A DNA stretch of 64,000 bases from Eledone cirrhosa. Lineage: Eukaryota. Location: NCBI GenBank assembly GCA_964016885.1, contig OZ024755.1, positions 12,152,001 to 12,216,000 on the forward strand, read 5' to 3'. Below, piece after piece: positions 12,060 to 24,157 of the stretch. A program made the translations under genes and the position numbers. The notes under the pieces were generated by a model. That model ran no database searches and was not told the origin of the DNA. It worked only from the letters and a program-made list of their open reading frames with translations. How positions within the stretch are numbered: position 1 is the stretch's first letter; every line of letters begins with the position of its first letter.

Positions 12060-12505
12060 CAGCATATCTTAGCTGTGCCTCATGGATGAACTGGTGAAAA
12101 CACCAACTGTACCCACTGCGCCAGCCATTCCACCTCACAGGGCCTTTTCCTCAAGCAGTGAGCAAAACAGTAATGAGGACAAGGATGATGAAAATGGAGA
12201 TCGGCACAAGAAAGAATCGGTCTATCGTTGACTGGTACTTAGCCACTTTCTGCTGCTCTGTGACAGTTCAGGGTCCAAGGACATGAGAAATTTCACTGGC
12301 AACCAACACAAAAAGGAACTGGTCAGTAAATGCCTGGTTCTTAATCATCTTCTGCTCCTTTGTAGCTGTTCATGGCCCAAAGACATCAGATGTTTCACTG
12401 GCAAATGACACACTATCATTTCCTGGTATTTTAGTCATTTTCTGCTCCTCTGTGACAGTCTGGGGACCAAGAACACCAAAGATTTCATTGGCAGCTAACA
12501 CAAAC
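12060..12505 (-). mobile_element. Degenerate CRE-like retrotransposon segment, tandemly triplicated (~100-bp unit)
   Basis: Three copies of CTGGT..TTA..CA..TTCTGCT.CT.TGT...GG..CCAA..ACA...AGA..TTTCA.TGGCA, similar to 13110-13150. The minus frame reads KYQSTIDRFFLVP. Confidence 0.45.
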
Positions 12506-12957
12506 AGTCAATCAATGCTTAGTATTAACATACAATTAGATATTAAACTGATATTTGAAGATCACTTTGATATATACCAATAAATTAATTAATAATTTTT
12601 CTTTTTCTATCAAGAAAAAATAATGTTTCTTCTGTAAAGAGAAAACAAAGGTTTAGTTCAAAGGTTTAGCTTTGTTCAATGTCAGTTTCAAATTATGAGA
12701 CAAGATTATTAATCTACTCCTTATTAATTCTGAAAAAAAAACAAAAAAACCGACAACAACAAAAAGCAACATACAATCAATATTTTCTATTAATATTTTT
12801 CTATCAACATTAATTTAGAAGTTAAGTAAATATTGATTTCTTTAGAGTCAGCACAAGGTCAATTGTTTTGAAGCAGAAGAAGTATTATGATGGTAGTGCA
12901 TTTGTGTATATATATATCTATGTGTTCATGTTGACTGATAAAATGACATGTCAGTCA

Positions 12958-13262
12958 ATCATATTGATGGCCTCCCCACAGCCCCGGTGGACAGAAGGCG
13001 TTTCCCCGGAGGACAGCAAGGGAGAGGCGCTGGAAGTGCCATTCCAACTCACGAGATTCACACCTGCGGCTGGCCAGCTCACCGCCTATGGTGGTGAGTC
13101 GGGAGGTAGCCCTAGGGCCAAGGACACCAGAAGTCTCCACTGGTACGACCGCCGCAAACCTGTCGGAGAGCGACCGGTATTTGGAGGGTTTGGCCTCCTC
13201 AGCCCGACGTGCAGCTGAACCTGGGTTAGTCGCAGCCTGCACCAGGTTGCAGCTGGAGAAAG
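12958..13262 (-). pseudogene. C-terminal RLE endonuclease fragment of a CRE-clade non-LTR retrotransposon
   Basis: GSAARRAEEAKPSKYRSLSDRF..VPVETSGVLGP...FQRLSLAVLRGNA is the characteristic CRE-clade C-terminus. Confidence 0.8.
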
Positions 13263-13769
13263 TATCATTATAATGATTATTATTTTAAATACATTTTCCA
13301 TGCTGTTGCGTTGGCTGGGTTGCTATGATCAGAAACTAAATGGGTCAGAGAGAAAGACATAATCTTGGCCAGACATTCCATATTTGGCATGGTTCTTCTG
13401 GCTGGCTGCCCTTCTTAATGCCAATCACTTTACAGAGTGAACTGGATGTATTTATTATCCCATTTTAAAATATAGTTATACTATATAGTCTGATGTAAAT
13501 CCAATTTTTTCCCATTTCTCACATAGCATCTTATCCGATAACTGGACAAGCCGACCCCCACCCGACAACCCTCCTATTTTATGTCCGAGAAATGGGCAAA
13601 AGTCCAAACCCCATTTATAAGCAGCTAATCAACACATTGTTGAAATGGCATAAGCTGCCCCCACTACCACCACACACACACACACTCTACCATCGATTTT
13701 TTGGTCACATATTCCTCATCTTATATTTGAATATATATATATGGTAAATGCAATCTATTTGATTTCAAG

Positions 13770-14010
13770 TGAAAGTGTGTAGCTTAATGGTTAGAGTGTT
13801 CAGCTCACAAGCATAAAGTTGTGAGTTTGAATCCTGGTGGTACACTGTCGTTGAGCAAAACATTATATTTCCCATTGGTTCATTCCATTTCATTCAGCTG
13901 ACAAAAATGATTTGTACCTGTACTTCAAAGAGTTAACCTTGTTACACGTTCTATCACGTTGAATCTACCTGTGGAATAATCAACCACTTACACATTAATT
14001 TCGCAAACAA
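13770..14010 (+). mobile_element. Old Meta/MESC-like SINE
   Basis: GTAGCTTAATGGTTAGAG head, TTGAGCAAAACATTATATTTC domain, strong CpG decay. Confidence 0.55.
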
Positions 14011-14137
14011 TCTGTTCAAGGACAAGAAATCTCGCTTGAAAAAAATGGAAATATTTTGCCCGCTTCACCTGTTAAGGTTTAAAGGTTAGGGAAAGATTTT
14101 TTTTTTAGCGGTAGGATCCCCTCTTCTGCATGTGTTG

Positions 14138-14430
14138 TGAAGGTGTGTAGCTTAGTGGTTAGGGTCACGATCGTTGGGTCGTTAGTTCGATTTCGGTGGC
14201 GTGTTCTGTCCTTATGCAAGACACTTTATTTTGTGTTGTTCCAGTTCACTCTGCTCGGAAAATTGAGTTATACTTGTAATTTAAAGGGTGGGTAGCCGAG
14301 TTGAATTTCCCTGTAAACTTCGTTAGGGGTGCACGTGCTTAGCATCATACCCGTTAATTTCACGAGCAACCTGTTCCGTTGGTCGTACAACTGGAACACT
14401 CGTCGTCGGATCCGACGGAGGACTAACAAC
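14138..14430 (+). mobile_element. Meta/MESC-like SINE with CpGs retained
   Basis: Same family as 13770-14010. Ends CGTCGTCGGATCCGACGGAG followed by CAA repeats. Confidence 0.6.
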
Positions 14431-14922
14431 AACCGAATGAGAGAGAGAGAGAGAGAGGCGTACGAGGAATAAATCCGGTGAATCGAATGATATATTTTCT
14501 ATTTTTCATCAAAGAAAATGTATTGCCAATTCATACTCGACGTTTTATTTGAAAATATTATTTTCATTACAGAACTGCATAACAAAATAAAAATGATAAC
14601 GTAACTAGTTAAATAATATAAATGAAAAAATCAAATCAAACAATAATTAGAATCATGTAAGTTAGGTATAAAACATCTAAAAGATATTGTACACATAAAC
14701 TGTTTGTTTTACAAATTTCATTATGTTTTTGTGGTGGAGTTGTTATTACTCGCGTATTTCTTTAGCAGTGTAATTGTGTTTATATGAGCACGATATATTT
14801 ATGAGTAACACCTTTCTACGGAAATACGAAGATACTACTTTGCCCTAAGTAAATTTGTTAATTTATTTTTATGACGGAAATAATATACTTTTACTAACCG
14901 CTTTTAATCAATAAGATAACAT

Positions 14923-14955
<33 letters not shown>

Positions 14956-15699
14956 GGAGGAATACAACGCTATATTTGATATTATTTATGTTGTTATTCG
15001 AGCTGTGGTTTGTTACGACGTGGGTGTATTGATTTTCATCAAAATATACTCTTTTCTTCGTTCATATCATAAACTGATATATTTGAAAATGAAAGGTAAA
15101 TTCACAATATATATAGAGAGATGCGATGTGATAAATACTCTGATCAGGACATTCTTTCAATAATTTAACATCTAAAGGTCAATATGTGGTAATAAATGTG
15201 ATTCTATTATCAAGGGGAGCTACCGTTCAAATAGAGAAATAGTTATTGCCCTTATATATTGCGCCTTTTAAAATGTTACTTGTGTCACTTCATTATAATG
15301 CGAGGAAAGAGAGAGGCGGTGGTTGATAAAATTTCTTTTTACTTTCATCCAATGATAGCAGATATTATGTTTCTTAACTCGGATTGTGTAGAAAATCATC
15401 AACTATCTATCAATATACATACTAGCGAAAGAAATCAGAGCGCCCAGTGGAATAAACAACTAAGCTCGTTGCTGCTTAACCTTAAATCAATGTTGTAATA
15501 ATACAATATCAACGTTTTTAATAACATTGCCTTTGTAATGGTTGTGCTAACGACTAAAGCAATGGCATGACTCAACATTCCGGTTTACATTTGTTTATCT
15601 CAGTTCCGAGTTCAATTCCTGCCTGTATTAATCGCAAAAATATATGAATAAATATATAATTGCATTTGTTGAGAGTTACACCCAAACAGCTTATGGTAA

Positions 15700-16105
15700 A
15701 AACATGTGGCTTAGTTAGTTGGTATGTTGGGCTTACGTTCACGAGTTTGATTCAAGAGCTGGGTGACGCGTTTGGTCCTTGAGTAAAGTAATTTATTTCA
15801 CGTTGCTCCAGTCAGCTGCGAAAACGAGGTCGTGAATTCGATTCCCAGGCAGGGTGGTGGATTGTGTCCTTGAGTAAAACAATGCATTTAACGTGGCTCC
15901 AGTCCACTCAACAGAGGGAAAATGAGTTACGACGAGACTGGTGTAACTCTCTCAGCTTTTGCCTTTCTTTCCATTGGGCAACATCTTATCCTAGTGTATA
16001 CAGGAATTACGACAACACTGGTGCCAAAGTATATCAGACAACATCGGTGCCGTGAAAAGAGCAGAGTGTCATGCATGGGTGACTGCTGGCTTTCCACAAC
16101 ACACT
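15700..16105 (+). mobile_element. Meta/MESC-like SINE(s) with duplicated head
   Basis: Two TCCTTGAGTAAA...ATTT..CGT.GCTCCAGTC domains. 3' part similar to 684-1010. Confidence 0.55.
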
Positions 16106-16163
16106 TGCGCCTATCTATTCTAAGTACCATGTCCATCCATATCTCTAACTATAACCTATATAT

Positions 16164-16366
16164 ATAGGAAAAGAGTCAGGACCCCGACGGCTGAGCTCCG
16201 GCCGTTTCGACAGCTAGTTCTGAACAGTTCAGAACTAGCTGTCGAAACGGCCCGAGCTCAGCCGTTGGGGTCCTGACTCTTTTCCTATTACCCACTCTAC
16301 TACCCATAGTATCGAGTACTCTGGTGCGTTATGGTCCACCTGGTTCCTTAACACACTTCCTTCGTT
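16164..16366 (+). mobile_element. Family B TA-inserted element: 62-bp palindrome carrying a hammerhead 3' half (GAAA-helix III-UH)
   Basis: Arms 16164-16225 / 16227-16288 (2 mismatches). GAAA CGGC-loop-GCCG TY GGGG on both arms. Homologous to 49572-49752 and 58607-58816. Confidence 0.75.
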
Positions 16367-16389
16367 ATATATATATATGTGTGTGTGTG

Positions 16390-16838
16390 TGTAACGAAGG
16401 ATATTAGTAGTGGTTGTTAGATGAAATAACAAGAATAGCTGATTTACTTTATATATGAAAAGGTTTACTTCACTTCAGTAAAAAAGAACAACAAATAAGT
16501 TAACACGAGTCGCAAAGGTTGACGATGTTATTTTGTTGTTGGTTCATGAGGCTGGTGTAGTCTGAGACCAGGAGAGAGAGTGAGAGTAAATGTCTGTGGT
16601 TGTCTGTAGACCTCAACGGCTTGTAGGTAGCGGTGAATCTTTCACACAGCTATTCTATAGCGTAATGCTCCGATCTCTCTGTGGGATAATACAGGCTTTT
16701 ATCCCAAGACGTGAGATAATACAGGCTTTTTATACCTGTCTCCCACGCATGAACCTGTCCACGCCGAAAAGGATGGTGACTTAGAATTTGACTTCCAGTT
16801 GTCACCCAGGATTCAAGGCGTGGACAGATTTCGCTACA
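16390..16838 (-). mobile_element. Probable solo LTR
   Basis: TG...CA ends with terminal inverted repeat TGTAACGAA / TTCGCTACA, ~450 bp. Minus-strand TATAAAAAG near 16727-16735. Imperfect 4-bp TSD TGTG/TATG. Confidence 0.55.
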
Positions 16839-17010
16839 TATGTATATACTACAAAGAGGAAAAACACAGCAGAATATGTTTTCATTTACAGGTGGTATAA
16901 GACCACTAACGTGAAAAATATATAATCTACGAAAGGTTTGGAAAATACATTATAATTAAAAGGATAAATTAATATGATAAACGCGAGTCCTTTACTCCGT
17001 TGCTTTACTT

Positions 17011-17110
<100 letters not shown>

Positions 17111-17233
17111 GGAGGTGAGTTTTATTGTAGTACAATAAAGCAATGCAGATATCGGATAAGAAGTACTCTACAGTTTGTAGGACTGGAGTATACATAATAT
17201 ATAAGAACAAAAGATGGTTAAAAGAGTTCCATG

Positions 17234-17304
17234 TATTTTATTATGCGCATTTCAAAAACAAATATCATCATGCAATAATATGTGTGTTTTCATCAGATAA
17301 AATA
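17234..17304 (-). ncRNA. Minimal type I hammerhead ribozyme
   Basis: Minus strand: TATTTTAT-CTGATGA-AAACACACATATTATT gcat GATGATATTTGTTTTT-GAAA-T GCGC A-TA/ATAAAATA. 8-bp helix I, 14 of 16 pairs in helix II, palindromic GCGC loop. AATAAA at 17126-17121, then (TA)n. Confidence 0.8.
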
Positions 17305-18157
17305 GGAAGACATGATATGAAGGTTAAAAAACATTTGTGGATAGTGCAGTTTTAGCTGATAATAATCCTCGTTTTAAATGTAACGAATGCATTACAATTA
17401 AATTTCATAATGGGATCAGTTTAAAGATTGGTCTATAGAAAATGCTTGTAGTATTCTATAAAACGTCAAACAACTTTGGGCGAGCAATTACAACGTGAAA
17501 GTGACATTTTAGTAACTTAAAAACACACAAAACTTGTTTTGCAAGAAACTGTCATTTGATTATATTAAATAAATAAATAAATGATATACAAATGTGTGTG
17601 TGTCCTTGAGCAAGTCACTTTACTTTATTTTACGTGGGTCGAGTCCGCTCAGCTGGTAAAAAATAAAATAAGTTGCGATGACACTTGCGCTAAGTTGTGT
17701 CTGACTTTGCCTTGGATAACAAGTGGAGACGGGAGACTGTTGGTCTTTCACAAAATATCTTGTCCAGGCTTGTGTAATGAAGAAGAACTTTTCTGGTGCA
17801 AATACTCTTTTGGTGATGACTGACCAAGGATTTGCACCTGACTCAAGCCAGGGCAACATCTATATTTTACACAGAAATGACTTCGACAGGGACCTGCTAG
17901 AAATAGTAGTCAGATCTTCTTGAAATTATCTTATAGTATTTAAGAAAACAGAAAACATAATTAGATACACGGCTTAATTACAATTTAATGTCCCACCAGC
18001 GATTTCGTTTCATAATTTATTAATAATGCATATTCTAATGAAATGTGCTGATATACCTTTTCCATGATGTATATTATAATCATGTACAGGGAATCTTAAT
18101 ATATATATATATATATATTATCGGTAAGGTTTTTTTTATATCGATATTTGTCGTGCA

Positions 18158-18279
18158 TCCACTGATGATTTATAAGTGCCCACCTACATATATTCCTACG
18201 GACTATGTGTTGGCTTCTACATAACCAGGACATTATTTTCCCAATTTGTAGAAAACTTATAATGAAACGATCGTTTGGA
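18158..18279 (+). ncRNA. Type I hammerhead ribozyme with large branched insertion in helix II
   Basis: TCCA-CTGATGA(18162-18168)-T-TTATAAGT...77 nt...ACTTATAA-T-GAAA(18264-18267)-C GATC G-TT/TGGA. Lies inside a ~340-bp insert flanked by (TA)n. Confidence 0.7.
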
Positions 18280-19413
18280 AAGAGAGATGTATTTTAATTA
18301 TGTCTCATATAAAATAATACAACTGGCTATCCGCAAAATACGTATAGTTAGCACCCCAAACGTATAATTGGGATTATACTAAGGTATATCCTAATGTTTG
18401 TTGAGTGAGACGGAAGCCGGTCGGAGTATTGCTTAAAGCTTTCTCTGTTAATGTATTAAATATATATATATATAGTATTAAGGATACTATTTATGGTTAT
18501 GTATATACTAATACTTTTTATAGTTATATATAATTTAAACCATAAACAGTGGATAGAAGTGTCACTATATTAGAAAAAGTCTGGCCCGGCTTTATATATA
18601 CACACACACACATGAACTTTTTTTCCACAGTTGATAGTTGTATAAATGACATTATGTTCCAGTAAATAGTCTGATATTATCCTGATTGATTCCTTATCCT
18701 GAATATAAAATAGGAAGGCATAATGATTAAATATATATTTAGTCTACTACAAATATAGATAGAAAATATTTAGTAAACGAAAACATTAACAAACAGAACT
18801 ATATACAACGATGGAAATATTTAAAGAAAAATTAGATAATCATTTAAAAAGATTATCTACATATTCGTAATCTACACCATGGTAAAATTTTCTATGCATA
18901 ATTTCATTTAGAAAACATGCACCACTAAAAAGTTATACGGAAATACAGTCGGTGTGTGTGTGGGTGACAGTACACTAGTTATGTCGGTCATGACTAAAAC
19001 GTCTTTAGATCAGGGTTGACCAGGGGTTAAACAACAGCAACTATACCATCAACAACTTTATAGTGGAGACAACGAAAGAGCATCTACATCGCTACTGGAC
19101 CTGCTAGAAATAGTAGCCTAATCTTCATCAAATACACTCCACTGTCTTTAAAAAATGATACACTGAACAATGTGGACTTAGAGACAGGATAGTCGCGGTT
19201 GGAAGGCCTTTTATCATAGAGGGACTGCATTAGGAAACCTAGTCGGTTTACACAGTAAGGATTGTCCGAAAAGAATCATTGCATCGTCCAACGAAATGCC
19301 TGATGTATATAGCTACGGTCCTTTATGTTCCAAGTTTAAATCTCGCCTTTGCTTAAAACCCAACTTTACCTTTTACTATTTCCTGTGTTGATAAAATAAG
19401 GGGTAAATTTATA

Positions 19414-19855
19414 GAACACCCTCATCGATTTCAGTTGGAATTAAGTGATTTGTCCTCGGTTTCTTTTCGTGTACTATCATTTAAACTTACTTCTGATTAT
19501 GTTGCGAACTTTTTTTCTCAGAAAAACGAAAGAGGGCCCCTCGTACTGTTAACCCCTCCACCTTGATTTTATTCGTGTCCTACCAACTAATCTTACTTTT
19601 GAACATGTCACAAAGGACTTCTTTCCAACGGAAAACGGGAGAAGGGGGACCCTCGGACTTGCCCCCACTCTCGGAGTTTTCTTTACCCAGTAAGCATAAC
19701 CCCGAGAGGGGAGTGAAAAGTATGAAGCCCCCCCCCCCCCTTCTCCCTCCTCTGTTTTCCAGGGGGAAAGTCTTTCGCATTGCAGCATATTCTGAAGTTT
19801 AATTGACAACACGAAAAAAACAATTATTTTCCATTCAAATCGATTGGGGGTGTTC
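19414..19855. mobile_element. MITE with long imperfect TIRs (possibly Kolobok-like), nested in an old SINE
   Basis: GAACACCCTCATCGATTT... versus ...AAATCGATTGGGGGTGTTC, with further matching blocks ~60-75 bp inward. Flanks TATA / TTAA. SINE core is split GATAAAATAAG | AATAAAGTACCAGT. Confidence 0.55.
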
Positions 19856-20659
19856 TTAACATAATACCGAATAAAGTACCAGTGGTTTCCTATTCTTGTA
19901 TTGCATGCTATAGCTGAATGTATTTATACTAGAAGACAAAGACAAAACAACACTTGGGATTAAATAACAACTATAACAGCAACAACATCCACAGAATTGA
20001 ACGAAAAAACATGATAATGTAGTAAATTAAAACGGTGTTTTTTCAAAAAGTGTTAGCGGTGTAGTGTCAAAAAAATGATCCTTAACAATTTAACATATAC
20101 AGAACGATAAAATAAGTACCTTTTACTGAAGTACAAATTAAGGTTGATGTGTTCGACTTAAACCTTAAGTAGCCCTATCAATCTTTATTTCTTACGTTCT
20201 AAATAAAAGATAGTTACAAATTACAGTTATTTTCCCAGCTTGTTTTTAAACGCAATCCTGATTGAAAAAAATCAACGTATACATAAGTATTTTTGTACAT
20301 CTTTGCAAACCTACCCACGTTCCAAAATACTGAACATGTGAACATTTTTTTAAATACAAGCATCACCATTATCATAAATCCGTTTTATCTTGCTGACATG
20401 GGTCGGACGAGTTTTAATGATGCGAGACGAGATATGCAGTAGTAACGGTGGTGTTATCATTTTATAGTGATGATAGATATACGGTCACCACAAATTAATG
20501 TTCCGATAAAATATGCTAAAACAATTCAGCTGAACAAAATAGGGTTTAATAGATAAAGACAAGAAGAGCTTCGTAATAAAATATCCCTTTTTAAAATCCT
20601 ATATAAGATTATCGTTACATAACGTAGAAGAAAAACTAACATATTCGATTTAATAGCGA

Positions 20660-21045
20660 TTTCTAATTTAGGTACATTGCCGGCCAATTTGGGGGAGGGC
20701 AAAGTTGATTAAATCAACCTCAGTACTTAATTGGTACTTTATTTTATCGACCGCCGAAGGATGAAAAGTAAAGTTGATCTCAGCAGGATTTGAAACCAGA
20801 ACGTAAAGAGTGGTGACAAACTACCAACCGTTGGCCACATATACAAGTCTTCTCTTTCCACACTGCTGATGTAATCAAAGGGAAAAGACAACTGCCGATA
20901 CAACTTGGCACCAGTGCAACTCATTTCTAGCTGAATGAAGTAGAGGAAATAAAGTGTCTTGCTCAAGGACACAACACACTGCTTGATCCGGGAATCGAAC
21001 TCATGATTGTGAATTCAATGGGTTAATCACTACGTCACACACCTT
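20660..21045 (-). mobile_element. Adjacent old Nin/Deu-like (20660-20810) and Meta-like (20830-21045) SINEs
   Basis: Reverse complements of the two family cores seen elsewhere in the window. Confidence 0.6.
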
Positions 21046-22084
21046 GACAAAGTGTATTGAGTGCATTTTTCTCATGACACCAGCATTAACACATAGCTGA
21101 GTGTACTGGAAGCATTTTATTGTGGTAAATATATCTAAAAAAAGACATACAACTATATTTCATAATAATAATCAATATCTTAAAATTAATTTTAATATTT
21201 TCCACGATTCATTACATTTTTGTCCTTTAATCTTTATTGTTGCTAAGTGCGTTTCAATATTTCTTCCCCTATTTAACAGATGCTCTATAACAAAATAAAA
21301 CTGCCTTTGATAAATGAATGTTTAACCTTTCCATTACCATATTTCTAATAAAATACACTGTCTATAATGTTGAAATCATTTAGAAGATAATCAACAATAT
21401 GGATGGACTTTGAGATAAAACTAAATTTCTCATTAATAACTCTTAACATTCTCTTATGATTTAATAGAAAATATCTAAAAATGGGTTTGTTAATTCAAAT
21501 GTTTATGGTATCTTTACAGTGGACAGATCTTTGTGAAAATTTGTAATATTAGAATAAATACTTCAATATTTAATCTGATGCAATCAGAGTACTGCTTTAT
21601 ATTTTTCAAGGATGAATTGCTCATGCACTTTTATGTGGTACAGAACATTAAGTGTTTGGAACATAACTAAACAAGGTTCTTAATAATTTCAGCAATCTCC
21701 CTTTACTGAACCACTAAATTATAGCAGATAAACACACATGCACACATACACGTGCACATATGTGTGTGTGTGCGCATGTTTCAAAACATATTTGCTTTCT
21801 TTTAAATGATAAAAAATCTGGGTGATTTTGTAAAATAACAAAATTTCCCAATAACCTTTTCATTGCCATATTTCTAATAAATGACATTGCCAATGATTTT
21901 CAAATAATTTTGAATCAGGAATTTGAAGTGATTTTGTGATATGACTAACTTTCTCATTATTTTGCTGGTGTATAGAGAATAACTTAACAAATTATGATGG
22001 AAGGTTTTCAGATAAATATAAACACTTTAAATTAAATGGTTTGTCTTGTAGAAACTGAACCTTAACCACGATGTTTAAATCTAA

Positions 22085-22478
22085 TTAACCCTTTTGATAC
22101 TAATCTGCTTGAGACCGTCCTTGTTCTAAGATACAGAACTATTTAATTTAAATCTTTATATTTATCTAAAAATCTTTTATCATATTTTGTAAGAGCCTTT
22201 ATTAAGTTATGTTCCAAACACCAGTTTAACTCTTTTGAAACCAAACTGCATAAAACAGCCCCTGGTTCTACAATACAATACTGTTTGCTTTAAGTTGTTT
22301 ATATTTATCTATAAATCTTTCATTATAACTTTATATAAAAACTTTTGTTATGTTATGTTCTAAACACCATCTTAATAATGAGAAAGTTAGTTATATTTCT
22401 AATAATTCTTGATTATTTTCAAAATTAATTGAAAATCACAGGCAGATTTTGTTAGAAATATGGTAAGGAAAGGGTTAA
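22085..22478. mobile_element. piggyBac-type MITE with internal duplication of left part
   Basis: TTAA-CCCTTT ... AAAGGG-TTAA termini. Second left end TTAACTCTTTTGA at ~22226. Confidence 0.6.
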
Positions 22479-22889
22479 AGATAAATATGAAAATGATTTC
22501 TAAATTCATTAATCCTTATTTTTCTATTTGAATTAATCTGATGAAAAGAGTAATAAATTATATATAAATAAATATAAATAAACATGAACAATGAGAAATT
22601 TTTAAATAGTGCAAGGAATAGATTTTATGTTGATATATGTCACATTGATTAAATAGGTTTAATTAATAATATATTGTGTATTTTTTTGTTAATTAAAACT
22701 GGCTAAACAAAGTTCATTTAATATGGAAACTGTATTCATTATTTAAATGTCTTTAAAAGCTTCAATTTATTTTATATTCAAAGATTTTAAGCAACCAAAT
22801 TTAACAGTATTATTAAACTGAAATTCTATTGATGTTCCACTCTTGGTAAAAGATCTAACAAGAATATTTTCGCTAATATTATCGAAATA

Positions 22890-23055
22890 GGTGCTGGCAT
22901 GGCTGTGTGCTTAAAGTGTTCACTTTGTGACCTCATAGTTTTGGGTTCAGTTCTGCAACACAGTACATATGGCAAGGCTATTTTACTATAGTCTTGAGTT
23001 GACCAATGCCTTCTGAGTGGAATTTGATAGACATAGAAATTGCTTTTCCAAGCTT
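22890..23055 (+). mobile_element. tRNA-derived SINE, third family (CORE-like), CpG-decayed
   Basis: GGCATGGCTGTGTGCTTAA head, GGGTTCAGT B-box remnant, ACTATAGTCTTGAGTTGACC...GTGGAATTTGATAGAC. Related to 47905-48070 and 27610-27760 (-). Confidence 0.55.
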
Positions 23056-23118
23056 GCATGTGTGTACATGTATATATATATATGTATATATATATATACA
23101 CACACATATATATGCATG

Positions 23119-23150
<32 letters not shown>

Positions 23151-23484
23151 TATATATATACACACACATATACACATATATATATATATAAAGCGAATAT
23201 ACAATGATGATGATGATATGTGTGAGTTTATATTTCTGTCTGTACTGTGTTTATCTCTCATAATTTAGTGCAGGCTTGAAAAAATATGTGCTGGGGTTGA
23301 TATGATCAACTAAATCAAGATGATGCCCAAACATGGCCACAGTCTAATGACTGAACCAATTTCTTTCCACTATACCTCTTACTCAGTCACTTTCATCCTA
23401 CCTTAACACTTGACCCACCTATCTCATTCTATTTCTTTTAACAACATTCATTTAGTAATGATAATAATTTTTTCTAATATTGGC

Positions 23485-23825
23485 ACATGGCTCAGTGGTT
23501 AGAGCATTGGCCATGCAATCGAAAGGTTGTGAGTTCAATTCTCAGACCGGGTGATGTGTTGTTTCCTTGAGCAAGACGCTTTATTTCACATTGCTCCAGT
23601 TTACTCAGCTGTAGAAATGAGATGATAGGGACTGGGGTCCCTATCATTCCACTGCAAAGTGGTCGTGGAGGTGCCACGGCAAAAAAGCACCCAGCACTCA
23701 CTGTAAATGAGGTTGGTGTTAGGAAGGGCATCCAGCTGTAGAAATCAAGCCAAAATCAGTTCCCGTCCCACCCTTGCAAGCAGGGAAAAAGCGGACGTAA
23801 AATAAAATGATGAAATGATGATGAT
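23485..23825 (+). mobile_element. Composite SINE: tRNA head, Meta-like domain and GTTAGGAAGGGCATCCAGC tail
   Basis: A box TGGCTCAGTGG, B box GAGTTCAATTC. Highly similar to 25378-25713. Confidence 0.85.
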
Positions 23826-23980
23826 TGGCACCTGTCTCGTCATGAGCCGCGACAACCCATCCAACCCATTCCAGCATAGAAAGTGGATGTAAAAATGATG
23901 ACAATGATATTGATGATTACAAGATGCATAATTTAGCATTTTACCATTTTTGATATCCTAACATCATTGATAATTATAAT

Positions 23981-24157
23981 AATTGTTTCTACTTTTGGCA
24001 CAAGGCCAGCAAATATCCCAGTGTATTACTGGTACTTTATTTTATCGACCCCGTAAGGATGAAAGGCAAAGTTAACCTCGGCAGGATTTGAACTCAGATC
24101 ATAAAGGGACCAAAGCATGGTGTCCAACTCTCTACCGATACTGCCAATCCACCGCCC
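23981..24157 (-). mobile_element. Young Nin/Deu-domain SINE
   Basis: Full length. Direct repeat CATTGATAATTATAATAAT at 23965-23983 and 24157-24175. Confidence 0.9.

Noticed and set aside
22538-22600. CTGATGA ... GAAA
   Set aside because: No helix I, II or III pairing. Likewise for CTGANGA hits at 7222, 29379, 30633, 39358, 56517 and 59222
23485-23560. tRNA gene candidates at SINE heads
   Set aside because: A/B boxes present but no full cloverleaf, and they continue into SINE bodies
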